The notes under the pieces were generated by a model. It made no database searches and had not been told where the DNA came from. It worked only from the letters and a program-made list of their open reading frames with translations. The translations under genes were made by a program, and so were the position numbers. This document shows, in pieces, positions 56,501 to 60,000 of a DNA stretch of 60,000 nt; within the stretch, counting starts at the first letter, position 1, and each line of letters opens with the position of its first letter. This DNA is from Laetmonice hystrix (Eukaryota), in NCBI GenBank assembly GCA_965235115.1, contig OZ249436.1, positions 13,828,001 to 13,888,000 of the forward strand, in the 5' to 3' direction.

Positions 56501-59323
56501 TACATGATGGTACGTCCTGAATTGTACCCGGGACACAGACCCGTGTTCTACCATTCGTTGTCTACAGGAGGTCTTACATTACAAGATGGGTGAAGACGGG
56601 CTGAATCGGGCTACAGTCTGCTCGGGTCATGGGTACGGTCAACTAAGGTCACATAGCCCCGGCTGCTTGCCAAGTTAACGTGACAGGAAAGGCTTGACTC
56701 GAAATGCTGCCGGAAAACTGCATTTGATACCGCCATAGAAGTGTATTCAAAGGATGAACGATCGGGCAAAGGAGCTCTACCGGTCGCAAAGAGGTTCATT
56801 GATTGTCCGTCTGAACATATTTCCCTTTGTGAGACCGTATGTGGTCTTTGCTAATTTCAAGTCAAGAAAGTGATACATTGAGGTTATACCAATGCCATGG
56901 TAGGCACTTTTACCCATTCGTAACATTTCTTGCCTCCCTCCAATGTTTGCCGCCTTATCTTCTGATTTTTAAGTCTTTTCGATTCTTTCATATTGAACCA
57001 GAGAGAACATCGCACATGTTTCAGCTCTTATTGGTGTTGGGAGCAGCTGAAAGTCGTCTGCCGTGGTCAGAAGACGCAGCGAGGCTATGAAAAACAGCGT
57101 CCATTGATTGATGCCATTGATCTTAACGCGGCGGTGGAGGAAGCGACACGTGCCGCGCACTAATTTCTGTTTCGTTAGGAAATGTACTTTCTAAATCACA
57201 ACCGAGTCCCCTTTTCAGGGACCTGCTCAGCGATGACCTCCAGAAACTCTATGCCCGTCACAAATGTCGTCAAGGGTAAACTGTAACGTCATTTCATGGT
57301 TGTTCAAGACAATGGTGACAGGCAAACAGTGGCAGCGACCTCTGTCGGCTGTCGGCATGTTGCCGCGTGAAGCCCAGTCGTGTTGGAGCGGCGTGGGTCG
57401 CGTGGGAAGACGACCACTCGCCGCCCCATATCACCACCTGCACCCCTTTAGATGGACCGCCTAGTCGATCAATGACTTGCGCGCCGTGCAAGAGAAGTGC
57501 ACAACATCTCACTAAGCCAAATAAGTAAAAGACTTATCAGACTTCTTCTGCCTGGCAAGCCACTGGCGCACGCCCCCGATAATGGGGTTTTCATGCACCA
57601 TGACTTGTTCCTTGTGTCCAGAATTGAGAAAATGAATCATCGAATAGTATTAGTGTACCGTGAGGCCAGCTTTTCCCTATTTTTGTGCGTGATGGTCGAA
57701 TATAAAGCAAGGGCCGGTGCACATGTTGGGAAGGTCTCTCGGGCCAACCGGGAACCAAACTCTTCTTCAGAATGTGGCCGTCAGCAGTTCAGGAAAACAG
57801 CAACTACCAGTGGGTTGGGAGGGAAGCAACTACTTGTCATACACCGAATAAACTCGCCTGAAGGTATGCATGGATTGAAAACGGTCCACATAATACAGGA
57901 CAAAGAGACTGGACCACATAACGTGCTAAGATATTATCCTCAATCAGAATCATTGAATGGTAGATGATTACGTAAGCTCGTTAGTAATTCAAATTTCAAT
58001 GAGAATGTGCAATGGTATGTATTTGTGGCTACGATATTGCAAGTTACGCCTATCGAGACCACTATTATCTCAATACAGGTCTACCTAACGGAACATTTCA
58101 GAAAACTCTGCCAGGTATTCCGACAGCTAAAGATTTAATTGTTGGTGACTGATCTCTGGCTTGGCCCACTTTTATTGTAATAGATAGAACGACGATGTCG
58201 GTACTGAGAGACATAGATTTTAAATACATCTCGTACAAGTGTTCGTTTACAATTCACTACTGCTCACGTTCCTGTTTCAACACACTAAGACTTGTTTTTT
58301 TTCTAAGTGGAGAGTGATAATATTTATTGCTTTGTCGGTGCCAGTCTTCATAACTTAGTAGAAAGTGTCTGAAGCCACAACTCTACTCAGACCACTGTGC
58401 AGTGGCCTACAATCAGCCAATACACTATAAGCCGTGTCCAAGATTGTCTACATCGTCTTAAGTGGACATAGCACTGCCTGCGTTATGCTATCCTCTAACC
58501 TTTAATATGTAAATAAATACACAGCGAAAAGTAGTGCTGCTTTCGAAGCGAAACGGGCTCCAAGACAGTGCCGAACCTTTGACCTATTTTTCACCGCGCG
58601 GAAGGTCTTCCGGTAGGCAGTAAGAAATGCGCGTCCCGCAATAGGAATGTCTTCTACATAAATACTCTCTGACATCCGATGCTCTCACAACTGGGCCCCC
58701 TTGCAACCGGGTGGGGTCAGCCCCTTACCAGCCCAGGTGCTCACGTCTACGTTTCTCAGAGGGTTGGGGAAGTGGGAAACAGATGTTGAGGTAGGCAACC
58801 CCCAAACTATCAAATAGCACGCGAGTGTTGTGGGCCCGAGCGGGGCGGCACGGGCTTGCCAAGCGAGCGCCGGTGGCTCCTATTATGAATATTAGTATTT
58901 CTCGAAAAACACATAGTGCTCATAGAGTTTGACAATATATGAATGTAATTTGACAATGTATGAATGACAAAAATATTGTGTGTGACCAGCAGTGCTGATT
59001 TTATAATCCTAATGTCTTTTTTGAAGTTACAGAACGGGCGTGTTTTAGGAAGGTTTTTTATATTATTGCGTTTTCGCTCTTTGAAGGTTGTTGGTAGATA
59101 TCTGTTAACCTAATTAATAAGTCCCTATCCATGATTGTTTTTGCAGATCCTCGAAGACTGGCGGTATATTGCGATGGTGATCGACCGACTTCAACTTTAC
59201 ATATTTCTGGCAGTCACCATCGGAGGAACCGTAGGTATCCTCATCAATGCGCCGCACATCTTCGAGTACGTTGACCAGGACCAGATCAAATCACGAATCA
59301 TGGGCGACACCACCAACAAGTGA
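898..59323 (+). CDS. nAChRbeta1: Nicotinic acetylcholine receptor non-alpha (beta1-like) subunit, 6 coding exons, 520 aa (span from start to stop codon)
   Basis: Manual splice model 85+143+45+110+1003+177 = 1563 nt, all introns GT-AG with matching phases. The protein has a signal peptide, SEDE..YNPLIRPV start, WKPDIVLFNNADG, Cys-loop CTIDVEYFPFDQQEC, no vicinal CC in loop C (non-alpha), TM1-3 with AGEK before M2 (cation-type), MA helix and TM4 (EDWRYIAMVIDR). The symbol reflects resemblance to invertebrate beta1 subunits, not tested orthology. Confidence 0.93.
3165..3480 (+). mobile_element. Possible highly decayed LINE 3' fragment
   Basis: Broken frames give NLALKARH, PRTCF and DAELLLAHVYICMYSDKRIYIL, reminiscent of the L.IE.GR / C..C / ED..H.LL.C..Y...R C-terminus of LINE ORF2. 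Confidence 0.25.
4744..4886 (+). CDS. nAChRbeta1: nAChR exon 2 (GLGSEDEVSLVEYLFERQGYNPLIRPV...MIQLINV)
   Basis: Acceptor tctttctttatag, donor GTG|GTAAGT; typical nAChR N-terminal helix and YN.LIRPV motif. Confidence 0.95.
4871..5314 (+). repeat. 46-bp minisatellite (about 9 units) derived from the exon 2 end and donor site
   Basis: Unit gtacaactgatcattgtaagtctggatacgtttgatttaccatcag; the first unit is the exon end acagctgatcaatgtg|gtaagtctagatacgtt. Confidence 0.95.
7216..7731. mobile_element. Non-autonomous Kolobok-type element (516 bp)
   Basis: Perfect 14-bp TIR AGGAATCATGGCAC / GTGCCATGATTCCT, TTAA on both flanks (7212-7215, 7732-7735), AG..CT termini. Confidence 0.85.
7746..9450. repeat. 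76-bp minisatellite, about 22 copies
   Basis: Unit acagaccaccgtacatgtcatagttataccagagacaagttacataccggtatattggtgggcaatacggtctctg with a few recurring variant positions. Confidence 0.98.
9734..10272. repeat. 47-bp G-rich minisatellite, about 11 copies
   Basis: Unit accagttaccccgggagggggcaggtcaattaccaggacagggtgta. Confidence 0.97.
12677..12735. repeat. 10-bp tandem repeat (cccagactgg), about 5 copies
   Basis: Seen directly. Confidence 0.85.
13442..13533. repeat. 23-bp tandem repeat, 4 copies
   Basis: Unit aaaggccgtgtatcctttgtgtt. Confidence 0.92.
14786..15117. mobile_element. Tc1/mariner-type MITE remnant with internal fold-back arms
   Basis: TA|CAGGGTG start; inverted arms at 14852-14918 and 15027-15117 (ttcatcaaaatcagtcaagcgaataaaaagttatgcc vs ggcataacttttgatttgcttgactgattttgatgaa). 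Right terminus not found. Confidence 0.55.
16308..16695. mobile_element. Tc1/mariner-type MITE (388 bp) with TIRs of about 105 bp
   Basis: TA|CAGGGTGAGTC ... GACTCACCCTG|TA; long imperfect inverted arms, which also explain the mirrored ORFs 16277-16477(-) and 16544-16807(+). Confidence 0.9.
19908..20059. mobile_element. Short hAT-like MITE
   Basis: Ends GGGGGCGGATCC / GGTCTGCGCCT (degenerate TIR); flanks cAGTGTCC / gAGTGTCC fit an 8-bp TSD at 7/8. Confidence 0.5.
23523..24354. mobile_element. PIF/Harbinger-type non-autonomous element (832 bp)
   Basis: TIR of about 35 bp TGCCCCCATTCCACTTAGGCCGATCG / CGATCGGCCTAAGTGGAATGGGGGTA, 3-bp TTA on both flanks, interior rich in CGATC motifs. Confidence 0.88.
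25134..25178 (+). CDS. nAChRbeta1: nAChR exon 3, 45 nt (DEKNQIMKSNVWLRM, loop D)
   Basis: Acceptor ttccttttcttgtag, donor ATG|GTAAGT; DEKNQ..NVWL motif; phase 0/0. Too short to appear in the ORF track. Confidence 0.95.
25349..25902 (+). mobile_element. Internally deleted Tc1-family transposon with transposase N-terminal remnant
   Basis: TA flanks; 25-bp TIR CACTCATTGGCCGGAAGTATGGCAA vs CACTCACTGGCCAGAACTATTGCAA; from ATG 25492 MSKVRE..EEGVS, then after a frameshift YQQTGD..GSGRRKKTTPGQD, matching the Tc1 GRPRKTT linker. Confidence 0.82.
27175..27216. repeat. 9-bp tandem repeat (ccggcccYa), about 4.5 copies
   Basis: Seen directly. Confidence 0.8.
28244..28329. repeat. About 43-bp tandem duplication, 2 copies
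   Basis: agctcatcatggtcatagagtgagggacaggcgggagtggttg occurs twice. Confidence 0.9.
28600..29945. repeat. 62/59-bp C-rich minisatellite, about 21 copies
   Basis: Unit catgaatacggc(cat)cacccacaccctcccaccccaaccaccgtccccaccccactcgcctc; source of the many spurious Pro/His- and Gly/Trp-rich ORFs. Confidence 0.98.
33291..33400 (+). CDS. nAChRbeta1: nAChR exon 4, 110 nt (LWRDYQLTWDPLEYGGITTIRILPHKVWKPDIVLFN(N), loop A)
   Basis: Acceptor tcctttgtgttgcag, donor AA|GTAAGT; W.D..L.WDP..YGG and WKPDIVL motifs; phase 0/2. Confidence 0.95.
34237..34577. mobile_element. Non-autonomous Kolobok-type element (341 bp)
   Basis: 15-bp TIR AGGAAATATGTCACG / CGTGACATATTACCT (1 mismatch), TTAA on both flanks. Confidence 0.82.
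34640..35760 (-). mobile_element. Decayed LINE reverse-transcriptase C-terminal fragment, interrupted by a 60-bp array
   Basis: Minus-strand peptides VESVDMWTFCGLPL..IRWHEY (cf. V..K.LG....L.W..H), IVYSSPLWGG (cf. LEY.SPVW) and KYERLRLITL, in the expected order. Confidence 0.4.
34895..35254. repeat. 60-bp minisatellite, 6 copies
   Basis: Unit gatcagacgttaggaagagcatccacatcgttgatcgtgcctctgtactgaggcgttggt. Confidence 0.97.
36672..37674 (+). CDS. nAChRbeta1: nAChR exon 5, 1003 nt (ADGKYEV to KNEDDYAE: Cys loop, loops B/C, TM1-TM3, cytoplasmic loop, MA helix)
   Basis: Inside ORF 36544-37749; acceptor tttctgtctttcag, donor GAG|GTATGT; phase 2/0. Confidence 0.97.
38060..38238. repeat. About 35-bp tandem repeat, 5 copies, each containing GTAAGT
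   Basis: Unit tgtgtttaagattagtaagtaggaattcctgataa. Confidence 0.9.
41976..42086. repeat. (TAT)n microsatellite
   Basis: Seen directly; source of the poly-Tyr and poly-Ile ORFs. Confidence 0.99.
43040..43620 (-). mobile_element. Decayed BEL/Pao LTR-retrotransposon integrase fragment
   Basis: Minus-strand FVFPCGKLNAIHI / LEVWHIHLST / LRKKLFARRG ... SERFVHLWRLILQYLG parallels the Pao integrase FTC...A.H.E...LST..F..ALRRF.ARRG ... WER.V...K..L...LG; frameshifted. Confidence 0.55.
46646..46750. repeat. (GA)n microsatellite, followed by a 45-bp tandem duplication at 46768-46857
   Basis: Seen directly. Confidence 0.97.
47160..47746. repeat. 65-bp minisatellite, 9 copies
   Basis: Unit ttccagccgtggcaagggtctcagtccccttgaaacccatggtcgtactaacgctgtctctgggg. 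Confidence 0.98.
51012..53603 (-). mobile_element. Non-autonomous Helitron/Helentron-type element (HINE/DINE-like) with internal 146-bp tandem array
   Basis: On the minus strand: 5' subterminal hairpin ATCCCATCCCCT-4nt-AGGGGATGGGAT (53570-53597), (TAT)n(TAG)n microsatellite, tandem core, second copy of the subTIR (51042-51056), short hairpin TCGTGG-5nt-CCACGA, then CTAG followed by TT. Confidence 0.8.
51085..53005. repeat. 146-bp tandem repeat, about 13 units, with a 5-unit higher-order duplication
   Basis: GAAAGAGCA anchor at 51472, 51618, 51764, 51910, 52054, 52200, 52346, 52492, 52638, 52784, 52930. Confidence 0.95.
55571..56516. repeat. 56-bp minisatellite, about 17 near-identical copies
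   Basis: Unit tatcaatcggagttgacgtatcccttgtaggtataagtttattacatgatggtacg. Confidence 0.98.
59147..59323 (+). CDS. nAChRbeta1: nAChR exon 6 (ILEDWRYIAMVIDRLQLYIFLAVTIGGTVGIL..., TM4 and C-terminus)
   Basis: Acceptor ttgtttttgcag; EDW.Y.AMVIDR motif continues directly from EDDYAE of exon 5; TGA at 59321-59323. Confidence 0.96.
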   Translation: MLEDWRYIAMVIDRLQLYIFLAVTIGGTVGILINAPHIFEYVDQDQIKSRIMGDTTNK

Positions 59324-60000
59324 CACTGTGTGTATGCAAGACGCCTACATGGTTCGGTAATCATCGACTTCCAGCTGTTCATCTACATTGAAGTGTGCGC
59401 TATCACTTCTTGTGACGTCACTGGAGACATTCAGTGCGCATGTGCACCAGACGTGGCGCCACCTGTACAAAATGTGAGTGGTGCGCGCCTCGTTTTGTGT
59501 CTTGAAGACATTCGAATCTTCCACGTTGGAGAATCGGGGCTCGACGATGCGGCCCGATTCTACAGTGACGAGTCCGCCAGTTGGGCTCGTTGTGATACTA
59601 CAGTGCTGTCAGCAGTCCCAATGTTGTTGTAACGTCGGATCTTTTGATCAGGACCTCTTGGAATGACAAGCGGGACAGACGCGCTGGGAACGAGGTGACG
59701 ATGGAAGATGATGGAAGCACTGCTGCGCAGCCGGCTAAGACGGGTTTCACCAAAATGGTGTGAAGGAATACAATACTCGGTTTCTTCAAACACTCTGAGT
59801 GTTGATCAAATTGTTATGCAAATGTGTCGGTTTCACATGACTTCACACTGCATGAATAATTGACAAGGCATTCTTCTATACTAGCGAAGTGCCCCCTATT
59901 GTATGTTTCTGTTATTTAAAAGACAGTGATATTTGTTTTTGATTTTTTCCTAAATTCAACAGCCTTTTACATTTTCAAATGAAGGCGGGCAGTGCTGTAT

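Noticed and set aside
7746..56516. Regular repeat arrays as CRISPR loci
   Set aside because: Units are head-to-tail with no unique spacers, there are no cas genes, and the context is a spliced animal gene.
5315..59146. Duplicated, mutually exclusive full-size nAChR exons as in insect alpha subunits
   Set aside because: I found no second copy of exons 3, 4 or 6 by eye; a translated self-search would be needed to exclude diverged copies.

Overview
Eukaryotic (animal) genomic DNA, probably from a non-insect invertebrate such as a lophotrochozoan; the taxon is inferred from protein and repeat style only. Almost the whole window is one plus-strand gene for a non-alpha (beta1-like) nicotinic acetylcholine receptor subunit. 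It has six coding exons (898-982, 4744-4886, 25134-25178, 33291-33400, 36672-37674, 59147-59323) that join with GT-AG sites and consistent phases into 1563 nt (520 aa plus stop). The long introns (about 3.8, 20.2, 8.1, 3.3 and 21.5 kb) hold many near-perfect minisatellites, non-autonomous DNA transposons (Kolobok, Tc1/mariner, PIF/Harbinger, hAT-like), a Helitron/Helentron-type element carrying a 146-bp higher-order repeat, and decayed retroelement fragments. The most unusual signal is a 46-bp minisatellite built from the exon 2/intron 2 junction. It multiplies the 5' splice site and creates a row of in-frame AG-[15-18 nt]-GTAAGT microexon-like cassettes. Whether any of these are spliced is untested. 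No CRISPR array, rRNA or intact tRNA was seen.
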